Notes: generated by a model not told the origin, from the letters alone. Counted from the stretch's first letter, positions 31,501-33,610 are shown. The stretch is DNA of 64,000 bases from an uncultured Bacteroidaceae bacterium (GCA_964637515.1 CAZWUI010000001.1:45739-109738), one strand, 5' to 3'. Numbers and translations: made by a program.

Positions 31501-33519
31501 AAAGGTGATATAGTTCGCCTTATCCGCACTGATTGCGTTGAGTTTTGCATCGTACGCTTCTTTGTTTGCAATAGAACCAAACCTGAGATCAAGGCCGACT
31601 TTGACACCGACGACGGTTTCGTCTTTGCCGAGTCCGAGGGTTATGTCGAGATTCTTATTCTCCGCAAATCCTTCGTTGAAGTATTCGACTTTCGCTACGG
31701 TGACGGGGATTCTTCCGCCGTTGTAGTTGCCGTCCGCATCTTTGAATATCATCGTCCACAAATAGTCGAGGACTGCTTGGGTGATGACGATATTGAGATT
31801 GGTGATATTGAAAATCGTACCGCTCTTGATGAGAGTGGTGTTTTCGAGAATTGCGCCGATGAGTCCGAACAAATCGGTGATTTCGCCGTCTTCCGCCGCA
31901 GAAGGAGCGGAGGTTACGATGATTTCACCGTTTGCCATCTTGTCGCGAACTTCATACATTGCGGCGGCAAATTCTTCGTTTGCCATCGCTTCGGTGAGCG
32001 CTTCGGAAGAAGAAGTCGAGTTGAGAACACTGCCGATAAGTCCGCCGAGAAGTTCGTTGAGATTGATGTTGGGAATGACGATTTTCCCGGTGCCGACAAG
32101 ACCGTTCAGGTCAATATACAACGCTTCGTCCGCACCGATATAGTATGCGCCGAGTCTGAGAACGTTGTTGTCGCCGAGAAGTTCGATAGCTGCGGTGGTT
32201 TCCGCAGCGTTGCGAGTGTTGATATCCGCTTGGAGATGCAGATACAACGGATAATTATTGTTTCCGTCGAGATCTATCGCAAGGTCCCACAATGGGCTGT
32301 CTTCGCCGATAAGTCCCGAGAGAAGTCCCGACAAGAGAGTCCCGAATTCTTGGGATATTCCGCCGAGAGTCATGGTTTTGTCTCTGGTGTTCAGAAGAAG
32401 ATTAAGAGTGATGTCGAAGTTGAGAAGAGAGTATTCTGCAAGTTCGTCAAGGTTTATTCCGCGCTCGTTGAGTCTTTCTTTAACACTGATCGCACTTTCA
32501 GTGAAACCGCCTCTGAGAGCAAGCTTTTCAACGCCGAGAGAAATCTCGACTTCGTTCTTGATTTGACCGTATTCCTCGTCACCGTCTTCGGTGGAGTCAA
32601 ACTTGACGTTGATGTCCGCAGACATTCCGACGAGTTCGCCGTCCTTGATGGTGGACACGAGATCGACGCCGAATTCGGAGATCAATCTCATCTTGTTGAG
32701 GTCCATACCAAGCGCCGTATTCACCAAGTCGAATATAGCGTCAAGGTCGAAACTGAGGCTCAAGCCGAACGTTTCGAGGAGACTGAATATCGAAGAAGGA
32801 TCTTCGAACACGCCCAACAAAATATCAAGGCTCAAAGGCATCGTGAGGCGTTGTACGCCGCCGCCGAGATCTTCGAGGATGCCGACAGACAAAATCATAC
32901 CCAAGATACCCGAAACAGTCTTATCGTTGAGAAGTTCGACTATCGTAGAAGCAAGTGATTCGTCGCCGAGCAGTCCTGCAAGGAGATTTCCGACTTCGTC
33001 CGCAACCGCGGTCATGTTTATATCAGACGTCTTGACTGCATAACTGCCCGCTTTCAGCCCCGTCAAATCGAACACGATCGTCTCGTCAACATAATAAAAG
33101 CCCATAAGACACTCCGTATCAGAGGTGCCTTTGGGCGTTTTGAGAAGTTCTACGAGAATTTCGGTATCCTTGTCGTCTTCGGCAATTGCGCCGGCAAGTC
33201 TAATCTTGAAATCGTTGCCGGTGTTGTCTTTGACGTAGTTCAAGTCGATGATCAAGTCGAAGTCAACGATGGGTCTGACGCCGTTGCCTGCGGCGAGTGC
33301 CGCTTGACTGAACAGCGAGAGAGCATCCTTGCTTCCGATCATGACCTTGCCCGATTCGGGGATGTCCTGCGGTTTATCTTGCTCGCCGGGGTTTACGGTA
33401 ACACCGTCGGGGTTGATCGGATCGATAGTGGGAGCTTCTTCGCTTTGGTTACATGCGACGAAACACGCTATCAAACAGACGGCGAGAAGAATGACTAGTG
33501 CGATTTTTACTTTCTTCAT
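7504..33519 (-). CDS. giant (8,671 aa) predicted lipoprotein; modular surface protein of unknown family
   Basis: Uninterrupted 26,016-nt ORF with SD GGAGG 6 nt before ATG 33519 and a signal peptide plus lipobox. Twelve linker-delimited mega-repeats are followed by an Ig-like repeat array. Only about 10 Cys occur after the signal peptide, and there is no C-terminal LPXTG or TM. Coding status is high confidence; function is unknown. Confidence 0.9.
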   Translation of the reverse strand: MKKVKIALVILLAVCLIACFVACNQSEEAPTIDPINPDGVTVNPGEQDKPQDIPESGKVMIGSKDALSLFSQAALAAGNGVRPIVDFDLIIDLNYVKDNTGNDFKIRLAGAIAEDDKDTEILVELLKTPKGTSDTECLMGFYYVDETIVFDLTGLKAGSYAVKTSDINMTAVADEVGNLLAGLLGDESLASTIVELLNDKTVSGILGMILSVGILEDLGGGVQRLTMPLSLDILLGVFEDPSSIFSLLETFGLSLSFDLDAIFDLVNTALGMDLNKMRLISEFGVDLVSTIKDGELVGMSADINVKFDSTEDGDEEYGQIKNEVEISLGVEKLALRGGFTESAISVKERLNERGINLDELAEYSLLNFDITLNLLLNTRDKTMTLGGISQEFGTLLSGLLSGLIGEDSPLWDLAIDLDGNNNYPLYLHLQADINTRNAAETTAAIELLGDNNVLRLGAYYIGADEALYIDLNGLVGTGKIVIPNINLNELLGGLIGSVLNSTSSSEALTEAMANEEFAAAMYEVRDKMANGEIIVTSAPSAAEDGEITDLFGLIGAILENTTLIKSGTIFNITNLNIVITQAVLDYLWTMIFKDADGNYNGGRIPVTVAKVEYFNEGFAENKNLDITLGLGKDETVVGVKVGLDLRFGSIANKEAYDAKLNAISADKANYITFDIVEIISGTDDVGGALVDALLSALDTVYVSLSATIGLYALEGQLGNLEIASNNSLLIQAFVAFANTFDQTSKLVIEANVGLDLGKLLDENGAFNIAGLLESDFHIGLGNTDKSENGIDIWLSGGTIYLHTRDDVLGGMDIAIPADVIMGLISGGSEGASEALAAEGETTEGEGTEGADTSQIISVVAGLLSGVTLGNNYLEIALVNNLISKVFELLGVTTSLEDFAELTPEEIVGYNQGTFTETVFEADEHGVITIVEGALVEGNTYYKLVGTDVTSNLIDEKTHGGVRITLADGLNLTELELLVYLGIGNGFELSIALGELNLGLNEVPASSMLTPPDYDWVNIFETPNVYLGLELGLDATMNAGNTPLSAGGNLVFEEDIALDYTLKIEAGLDLKPLIDYLLGANKVYTEGNNSQILIELVKNATKAGESDTLILGIYYAGGKVYLDAENFGIEKVAIDLDLMELIMSLIVGENAEVNPTTAGSAALVASDDMTYDPTRFDIALLASLVISDGALSVKLLQGLAELLWDKVGINAAIVDVALDLAWSDLASDNLLGIGLQVKDANNNVTGSLDVTIKHPGISIDHTAQPIHPFGSSADEPLAGLTTSGDDAYTLISLLGYDENGNMQISLEQVYLELCGTINLKAYSNADNWPIGDWVSLFLSEDSLNEGVAGLLERLMIAFDIPYDVAEYLGFRIAVKLRFNPADIADINYILSHSDIAIEIYSGVYDEAAIASGATTRALAITLLCDDPSQPTGLSTGTLYIDGNMDIVDDLHIAIADFNLGALIGGSSEESGSGSAALAAAEGETTEESGGSDILGTLVNILGGALGGLNANSESITVYLASGLIATVIELLSPDMAYRELTAEEIGTYTGERFERINGKYYSSTAGTYRREASYVIADASYEGTRYELVDGNYVESESGTYRVSYNYVALTATEAGTYTGARFNRIVGADESVSYVESKDGNYGSADLATNFIALNAAESYIRIGFNPYKLDLAVGIDPFNVGLTLSGLSIGFSDANSVVSKYYAINPDEYISKDNFDVIALELALELKLELLDTQDQPNKELPVNDLVSAFIADFLLSAGIEIEKDIVLDAELYLGANLNLENPIETEIVLELRNLIKGENILGIYLFESTIMIDMGILSDEDVLIEDTFLLEYLVGMIRNLLGEETSGSEAMAAEEEGRAVSAADALEIVLGIANENISLVISQKVILTLIAFIVDLVSAEGTTGNIGESLDRLPDLGLELSAGIDFENSQVAIEIASTLLNLGVYVKQPCVTAGKEFASVSATIENALKQPQHSGNYRVLTDDEKVEGNANYLDPAHAYIYKDGAYALNEEGTYVEGTTYYRYTGEAAENRFNKYRDSKIVSFSLELVLEYSLNPTFTLVDEEAASLYPDDERYSKRTSDGRYVQDPNGLYIKDPIELGDLIDAILSLDAIKNAISGLEEGTLKNIVSALLERLGLNIYLNDPLDDDIVVKIFGAIDLEKLGFDSILDAQFDDFNFDLDTILSALEVGVQLVMNKGEKNEVMIGIYLMDGQLYVDLGELGGPRLTLGLDFIIDLIGGGSSSAAVAAADGELGILDYINMIIKRIIFRCSTVYRNGEYWYDNWDSLDILVNSTFITGLVSAITGQNIDLGMLNLDDTESGLFLTWKDADLDDKLSLGIRLSTLTGINVALKLGVGFDITLADTDYTRPLSELEKSDFIDITDYVENIMSMINGTASGENAGTQNIYLGLNLSLYFDSNDIDTLELGGLVENYIRDMVINAKTGSAFHDGVAVRVGVKLDLNSLDVSSLIGGDMNAFLANSDLTTLEVALEILDTDNEGNVTVDANGNYNVKGGIYLYNGNLYLNGVELFNVTDGYSYIPNFVDMLLELLGGDSTNAAGQGEALAATDEGIDPAGENPVAGDYTVERTAIIELILSDVATQIVITKSIISLLVGALLPDLGSLDEIFNKLEVSLDFETGKYAYVDFAKDTAASIKDVNDGDAYYVVSATENAEGRYYIESINLNGKAENSRSYYIFAETDAEIPAGATRYDVTFAKADDTTPEDVWDTAYYKHSTYVSGGTTNDSYILIMPTSERYSYYDEIVWKENKTHGRYATIVSLTETEYVLDDAGTYKKVGDAYVLIGAGESYDGKRYSLQAKAEHFDTERYTVYVRNGINFEPVDALEIAQNGYDISESYYIYAGGYTKVDTFADRYFGYVQDKEGTFYRQPDYFTKLNQFGIGLNITANAIDIGLKLNGLDIGFGASDSLMPSYILEEKSRDGKEYVALAPFYEATVSLNLSLELEFGITEGEIDFGMIFAQVLGNLEGVKIDIPSTAKGYSSAHFRLDVGIMLDFSELLNSEIKLELINISETGAENIWLAAYYVQNVFYIDIPFLGMPKLSITSTIVSGLIEQYLGGIFDNAYADTELPEGDSSSDAFAAAEVNANNVDVLLLINRRALSVSIANRFLRTIIEMLIEGLDLSDYIPDDLIFGADVNLDINDGLNVEIGATVSIEGDRYVALADGVTPVVKDEANKIEGDYYFTQNNDGNFYRLDDGSYRELAPNETVSQERRYARNDYEGGREEGSVVYRRQAGYAANGNGYDAELSLLVGVRNVSLDFTTEHDYTLSAEELSEYEEITELDRITLTEVIDITTSFKKDADIDLSEVLEMLFPDVDPDSLKAQISAVSDMNGDLDRKMELILNVEIKFAALVNYFRQFDVNVDFSDLDEDISIIDLFNVIINAFGSEQLNIGDLLSFINVSAILNSTAMDKQEHDSSIAKSETRTLLGIYMIGGEFEKLTASETNPASDEYIAPEERYSHYFVAKSGDYYYDSADGEYKLVTANTDLMLYGNKRYSYDSSYFYQNNYGTYKRVKGGLYLDLSYFSIPSVYINSYSLRDIASNLLPGVFGGESESDALAAGSTATATAELPLLSDDIAAYVTAFVWGIRITNTYVRAIVQADYINALLKLLLGEDSLQFNYNFEKQPYVQINTDRSTYLYKEHADTTEAERRQSDFRFSYEKNNATGTYFAVESAGKTVYYLKSEMADRLTEAEIADYEAQVTAGTKFYYTLATYEAYIKIVNSGSDYYQLLTKATPFEKSSAEKDLTTGDYKYYLRKDATSATDVYYHVGDGQYERATADSPVEVYYVFEQIAYNEMLVSAKEEGVRKPFLSVMLYLWEYELGINIGFPEFGAREQEYITPAEYETAYGEAAPEGAKYFKVDDYLYTFIGDVNTSDQWIEGMPNGSQDHGVDVYDNYLDNVRYMYYHGEYYPILAEDLYVYADGKYTNVKDYFTTVDYANGQMIDFTAGTSFGRSVEEGYNFYLQLEITELGYSPRIKLESDTLYKREKYRDVYVRNTADNREKYGVGELTDADLFVRATGKNIIEKASNAYETVQVDGTGEYVWDYANEVFVLYASAGAELASMPRYTAEQINYYVYDEWNRTYVKLADYLADNFDSNDWTNDFVATKEAVTSMSLYDGSKAISYVDTDDMFYISLTIRGGIYTTGYYDYVSVNEYLDILNATGGSYTLADLNNSASEVYVAPEHRYTMYQGGYKQLAAGDGLSANDYVLYSTGVETNVAEVLGGLLGDLDGIALQVLESFSGEVLFEIKIGLSFRLDFLPEIKMNIFDIDLAIDAWRRENDAAAGADGTLTHMLGLYYNRDEDTGVAGLNLDLEWLLGEGAKLSVDLSQYSVEELVAGLLDGSISLGASSDALASADGDRLVNAYANPEISGIFVNLYTRTLALKVTKGFVNLLLGLLGLDLDEDILPNFTVGLDFKLSPYSIGIDLALFNEDGTKGVLDLLIKLQLFNGTEDSSVIDFGTVESFNERNTTYQNSYDTDPDIADNYAFYYANFTRDDSTAFADAYIKVGNAKSANGIDVVKVDDKYYVKATTVYANEAAFNNAVANGVWVFKRCETKFVRVLDEKLYDEDGNVWDSSVKGALYKYVGSGVAGQFAEIDDLALVDGVSVKVEEGGVYYKPTSDFTNYSRIMSLNLGDLLGGADLDIESLLGDLESAEIDLSLDLSLKLSDVINWTEQMTKFISTDLYDYFEFILASMSWRNNAFESTIGAGIDIKARLNIQNLVNYIVNGGSLMDALNGLEAYIRIEYDTNFHGSDAAGEFNTAIAELWAQIVGGKLNLYLNLEDMNDIVGMGDFFGKLKLEGLDLGGLLGSDSAAFEASAAKASADEANMGLIGDLVGESVWNIIGMIIGQILVANDIVAIGLNDSLIGDLVGMLVADLADVTDYLPKLTQTTDINTSGLVLDLGGGAPSILINLGFVAGMESWVTLDDLRDTHAINWTGATYQKNSDGTYSVSESGQYVLLETEEYALANYAYGAAATPAHGDFTEGDWVSSWTGDRYNFTGIDENGEYKFTKVFDSATSNNTFAVNAYGMGAYMVITESDSAYEKLNANGAIVTDGTTKYTLIATYNRLGASPFNATTTNTYNVTTAGDYIAIGDLALQIKLHGLGLWANQETMNVGKDHVRMNADGTHTYLDEDGMAVTDYADIKKSSLNLSIGIDLSYYGGAKLADGSNNVVELGEILDLVLGLINPESDLSGSDLNINITNNLGNKDYPSARINLSAFLDFTDFSAMQVMLEILQYDDNGILNTEPILAAYLYGDNVYIDASHLLGESAKLYLSGLGLSELIEGALGSVLGTTEAGSADASDALAANSETAGGMDLHDYAYLEALIHPQYFSIGLSMAVINAVANKIYERQGKELKDLVPNLGDILIESYGYVPNTFIEMSANDIALFNQGKFAGTVYVKNGDTYTVYNGDTLSATTTYYHSDSRDFVFSLSAKFSEGFYASLDVVELGLDRHITKGYAVDNLFKEYNAVTEADETWQSAKRYNKVAGGYVEITDDEYDGQRYTRRADGTYDTAENGAYMYVEEHYEQSLNGAYYIPYAEAYNVETGEIGLSTISLSTTISMTITSAGLKKGETGYENSFIAWVIDLLGGLLEGTSLLGTFTEAESGFEGTRYTKLEDGTYQKDKNGAYKFTMADIQLNFPKRPLTIDIALSADINLGAILMYGISGILYSDIALDITIGELMSEKFLSVYYLGSSRLQKAGNIYELTTEMVGTAINDALYIDASGLGLGKIKFQGFAGILGAKQKYAENYEYNAAGASSDSLSTEATSSAGVNSKLALNIDVEEGRLALNIDMNFISALLGILGLDLSGSGIDLNAMPLQSASVEFLYDFRTGIEKLGVTAVLDSVGTMLALEIKDLSIEIGKNKINVQDKIGEVEYGYAGLTYSGTAGTSALINNLLDNINPALKIDIDRKVWMADTGWSSSVSWLSSETKVMSYYNTTHAELALSRQVKTWGGGNNPFKLYASLLVNHPWKHAGSGTNLNAGVAINNFNIFIKDVDLSSGLLNDLINDTVGGIAIAGTADATLNPYGSMINLTSHEDGDNGTYAYPANEATSSDVDYSNYSYSADLTGLIKKLEVNLFNSNGYIPYYSGMKALDSSASDDTRYISLKITFGKDAFNELMIMINVILLGLFAADVNANANNTRYFADINKLGLNKGRGQGIGDYTLGGNGKNIIYNLFRELDGKKTTKERVDLLEPYVRSIPVYIYQYLIKDMLPALAGGIDINSLAGSVAADTLENLGHLIAGILPLPFANSFSCDPTANIYIDLAPKNGDYALGNDKTMYRGIQAIELYVNAEKVNPGATVKTYARNTSGISTGQTYTYTGTVTENNGALGKVGEEGENGGPDGWDYLALRITPLSHSNSSINTAMLGFLEGENATLMDGEVEAPTEIVITDPATREGTAGGKSIILNETYLENKNYFPQKADVTWTLNGFTSAAGVTDMSDKDYMGGTFITWDASSVDFAAATLESDGRYLAGYVYGYALNVVVYAIPVYVTSAYALTEIKGYVKSGNSYSAKTLAIDMTNSKNKQNVDLPDLARLSFVNGNLTFGVPLTDKNGDILYAISYKNGNKVTLGNNSAGEAITNSDGNIYKLIPAYIAGVTYVNATAEDITAFNGPESVWPLFTKDGDRYAKVSGVAKTDGSVTYYKVQTETVTTAGVDTQYAKLDYTKLPSGKAFPAGWIKWNTDDFKYNWSTGTIDLGFTYQWGFSSEIKDTVSIALAGNEIGSLTLFTRGDNGHTTKSMTTLDAFGLASFLNASNHYSIAEYVKGFTTVSGKYTAGSSSSSFKDFSVKWDLSALEARLKELAVVGEDGEITGYDYYKGIDVTVTAYVGGNEFKYVTGYDEEGNPTYGFVGSGSTSSNFASAGYIAQAVPVRIYIAGREFEGLENELTFDVYANDEITAESFGNTFKVNFKGIDKATNVTIGDVLSLDAPYYKNGDTFVKATDVQSNEYSFAGYSGKDLYGKFTFGNSVSGLQTTYVKINMSSMTAVQTLVKVDVADVFNPEWYEVSAYESLNVQFSERGTTAKTMYPDWSTVKYFSNSTYTRSIDNIYSGGTIYATVEAVCKDAEGNVIGNYVDENGESVSQTIRLKLSVPVKKITSYKFFYDGAIQGGKDIYGSGLINTIDESVLADKSKYVASSYAAQYIDSASGVEYNVMPYVYVSDPSAYFKVGEWGDYRNGTSVLVTYTIGGVEYEEIVFVNAWNIGALAFTAQGSVRKVSFSVGNQTIETTLNVPSMSVSSIALDLNNANGGTLRFFGGQTTATDVRFMNGELTSHSFEYNVKKGWSLPTYATLNNNLGINEVSAVGAIAWIDYSAPGMIADDFIDDGEGNMVYRSDENGKYVYRSFTLYNKEDFVYPNRDAFRVKIYLVGDSGSVDDLAANVRSATINGFTENNNYYSVFSDWMLGNFNSATVTFEGGAIDENIPVVWNNYARPTDEEISAGSFTRIAYVGSDLARITKTFTVYTNYVIEIEEGVNAIINGYTLSADNFFNGLPTTATAVIGSEESSNRRMTVGLVWNVTYDKDGNITSGLNEDGTVNVDLMRGQDRITTIALTLTVEGVAIDSIAIEGDVNIDPFGVDNTMFASGSTVTVNTVGGGTASAVATYELPADFFTNTAAYFGKDIALDVTLTYPGGSEVKQITAHVLDRTIKKVTDPAYRSITIDPFYNDTFREGGLNLPLTLGVTLKDGSTNFNLVPEWPDDSIISSKGYFNANYKVAFTYYYEDANGTYGIADLTDDDIDNPRYVSIEGIEDYVGVRYSKGATQYVTMPLMVLTRAAEKAEFVFDGFEKQSENSKSSYSSHSVTYGSKDANLGNVIDVVYDNDTNLPEEVVFYNAYSFGNPSLPKYLDVTFDGTGEVRRYYLETEGFTQFFGKIDVTENVSNDVILHVYPTEAKEFEIYLNGKSALKVKVTIKKTDVTRFNSDVASSKLSTGDLNYTGFEVYTENTDAASAYNTANYADTFTFYPDGKFISVKEYEDGEYASVKWLGDSSKYLYKLLGNGTVSANGEVATANGNRIGTPYYYQYNVKGRTYTALNTTVISDKENTYVFMFTVRQTLNATWDTSDTVVSVVGGTSYVEAIVTSPVTIVEGVANNATATVRVPIEVNDATISTVNIANSDFVAGADASHAAKNSDGVYEFTFDPYTTPDVFEQIFSASANGTYKLENGKYVELSAEELVQYDGQKYELVGYKYFPQSMTVVTETGTSVNKEVTWNFGASKVSYEGGTFVIRATVKGDGVKDQVVVAHLVINPRKVTSLAAGNTTLTGNTGFYVTSGTQTYINPYEYLSKDVKLPETLTVNVTKGDGTTATETKTFGAADGYSLEWNFSKFNPTYEGGIIYLIAELTGPDGTAQEFEIPFLVQRMYANALTTVFKLDEERVASATITSARYSAAPYTATVTNSVASNYTISANNTASYSIPQAYKVTFTISNPVVTNGKVTSWTTTTEGTGWASHANGSKNSKVFTYVMVSMPGGFSLTADLLKSGMSTAKNATIQLGTGERITIPFTVSGTTVTTAPSYTGTALNTKIGGVPVVWYGTAVVYDITGAYLTHHSVMFASDTGTYALSTPSGRKVVYYLYACVGTPVDSASRVLDTTIATATKGSISVGGSTINVVSVGQEIPNGQAVYGNGTVNSNNPYVITVNGR
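7507..14290 (-). repeat. giant protein C-terminal ~2,260 aa: array of roughly 20 Ig-like (beta-sandwich-type) repeats
   Basis: At least 14 recurrences of a (V/L)-x-W-(N/D/T) strand motif (ADVTWTLNG, FSVKWDLSA, IPVVWNNYA, VGLVWNVTY, KEVTWNFGASKVSYEGG, YSLEWNFSKFNPTYEGG, VPVVWYGTA ...). Each is followed about 60-100 aa later by an alternating V-x-V-x-V closing strand. Fold assignment is inference. Confidence 0.5.
14291..16125 (-). other. giant protein aa ~5799-6410: Trp-rich non-linker region, probably a 13th degenerate module / junction domain
   Basis: Distinct composition (KVWMADTGWSSSVSWLSS, KTWGGGNNPFKLYASLLVNHPWKH). It still ends with a module-type ANIYIDLAPKNGDY element at about 14625-14680, but has no ALAA linker. 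Borders are approximate. Confidence 0.4.
16126..16182 (-). repeat. giant protein inter-module linker L12 (aa 5780-5798, most degenerate)
   Basis: NAAGASSDSLSTEATSSAG, preceded by NDALYIDASGLGLGKIKFQGFAGILG and followed by KLALNIDVEEGRLALNIDMNFISALLGILG. Confidence 0.55.
17503..17571 (-). repeat. giant protein inter-module linker L11 (aa 5317-5339)
   Basis: GTTEAGSADASDALAANSETAGG, preceded by LAAYLYGDNVYIDASHLLG..LIEGALGSVL. Confidence 0.8.
18970..19029 (-). repeat. giant protein inter-module linker L10 (aa 4831-4850)
   Basis: GSDSAAFEASAAKASADEAN, preceded by GGKLNLYLNLEDMND..LEGLDLGGLL. Confidence 0.7.
20380..20418 (-). repeat. giant protein inter-module linker L9 (aa 4368-4380)
   Basis: GASSDALASADGD, preceded by MLGLYYNRDEDTGVAGLNLDL..LVAGLLDGSISL. 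Confidence 0.75.
22753..22818 (-). repeat. giant protein inter-module linker L8 (aa 3568-3589)
   Basis: GGESESDALAAGSTATATAELP, preceded by VKGGLYLDLSYFSIPSVYI..LLPGVF. Confidence 0.8.
24202..24264 (-). repeat. giant protein inter-module linker L7 (aa 3086-3106)
   Basis: ELPEGDSSSDAFAAAEVNANN, preceded by WLAAYYVQNVFYIDIPFLG..IEQYLGG. Confidence 0.7.
25777..25869 (-). repeat. giant protein inter-module linker L6 (aa 2551-2581)
   Basis: GGDSTNAAGQGEALAATDEGIDPAGENPVAG, preceded by GGIYLYNGNLYLNGVEL..MLLELL. Confidence 0.8.
26764..26808 (-). repeat. giant protein inter-module linker L5 (aa 2238-2252)
   Basis: GGGSSSAAVAAADGE, preceded by MIGIYLMDGQLYVDLGELGGPRLTLGLDFIIDLI. Confidence 0.75.
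27919..27990 (-). repeat. giant protein inter-module linker L4 (aa 1844-1867)
   Basis: GEETSGSEAMAAEEEGRAVSAADA, preceded by ILGIYLFESTIMIDMG..MIRNLL. Confidence 0.75.
29050..29127 (-). repeat. giant protein inter-module linker L3 (aa 1465-1490)
   Basis: SSEESGSGSAALAAAEGETTEESGGS, preceded by GTLYIDGNMDIV..NLGALIGG. It shares a 25-nt near-identical DNA stretch with L2 (gcggcggaaggYgaaaccaccgaag). Confidence 0.8.
30961..31038 (-). repeat. giant protein inter-module linker L2 (aa 828-853)
   Basis: SEGASEALAAEGETTEGEGTEGADTS, preceded by IWLSGGTIYLHTRDD..IMGLISGG. Confidence 0.8.
31960..32019 (-). repeat. giant protein inter-module linker L1 (aa 501-520)
   Basis: STSSSEALTEAMANEEFAAA, preceded by LGAYYIGADEALYIDLNGL..LLGGLIGSVLN. 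Confidence 0.7.
33283..33309 (-). repeat. giant protein linker-like motif L0 (aa 71-79)
   Basis: SQAALAAGN, a short copy of the ALAA core immediately before the first module (VRPIVDFDLIIDL...). Confidence 0.5.
33451..33519 (-). other. signal peptide with lipobox of the giant protein
   Basis: MKKVKIALVILLAVCLIACFVAC|NQSEE has a basic n-region and a hydrophobic core. Two candidate lipoboxes are present: LIAC (Cys19) and FVAC (Cys23). Other lipoproteins in the window use LVAC|D and LVGC|D. Confidence 0.75.
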
Positions 33520-33581
33520 AATCTTCCTCCAGGCTACGCATACGCGAATGCGCGTGCAAGCATAGAATTATATACGATAAG

Positions 33582-33610
33582 ATTTTAGCGTGTGATACAA
33601 GAAAAGTCAA
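33582..33610 (-). promoter_or_regulatory. near-consensus sigma-A type promoter of the giant gene
   Basis: Minus strand reads TTGACT (33610-33605), a 17-nt spacer, then TAAAAT (33587-33582). This lies about 62 nt upstream of ATG 33519. The leader contains a small hairpin (acgcg-catt-cgcgt) and then GGAGG. Confidence 0.6.

Larger units (their letters stand above)
16126..33309 (-). repeat. region of 12 linker-delimited, highly diverged mega-repeats (313-800 aa each) in the giant protein
   Basis: Linkers start at aa 73(short), 501, 828, 1465, 1844, 2238, 2551, 3086, 3568, 4368, 4831, 5317 and 5780. Each is preceded by an (I/Y)Y(L/I)-x(3-5)-(L/V)Y(I/L/V)D...L(I/L)GG element and followed by a hydrophobic restart segment. 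The repeats are visible at protein level only, not as DNA repeats. Confidence 0.8.

Noticed and set aside
7504-33519. Giant ORF as an NRPS/PKS megasynthase.
   Set aside because: No adenylation (e.g. SGTTGxPKG), thiolation (GGxS), condensation (HHxxxDG) or ketosynthase/acyltransferase motifs occur anywhere in the 8,671 aa. The protein has an export signal and lipobox and is Cys-poor, as expected for an extracellular structural protein.
7504-33519. Giant ORF as an RTX/T1SS adhesin, an LPXTG MSCRAMM, an Rhs/YD toxin or an S-layer protein.
   Set aside because: No GGxGxD nonapeptides and no C-terminal T1SS-type region. No LPXTG with a hydrophobic tail. No YD/Rhs consensus or PxxxxDPxGL core. No SLH or GW/choline-binding repeats. 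No adjacent T1SS, sortase or toxin-immunity genes in the window.
7504-33519. DNA-level tandem repeats, CRISPR-like arrays or assembly-collapsed repeats within the giant gene.
   Set aside because: Reading the nucleotide sequence I find no extended direct repeats. Module similarity exists only at the protein-motif level. The only near-identical DNA is a 25-nt stretch shared by linkers L2 and L3.
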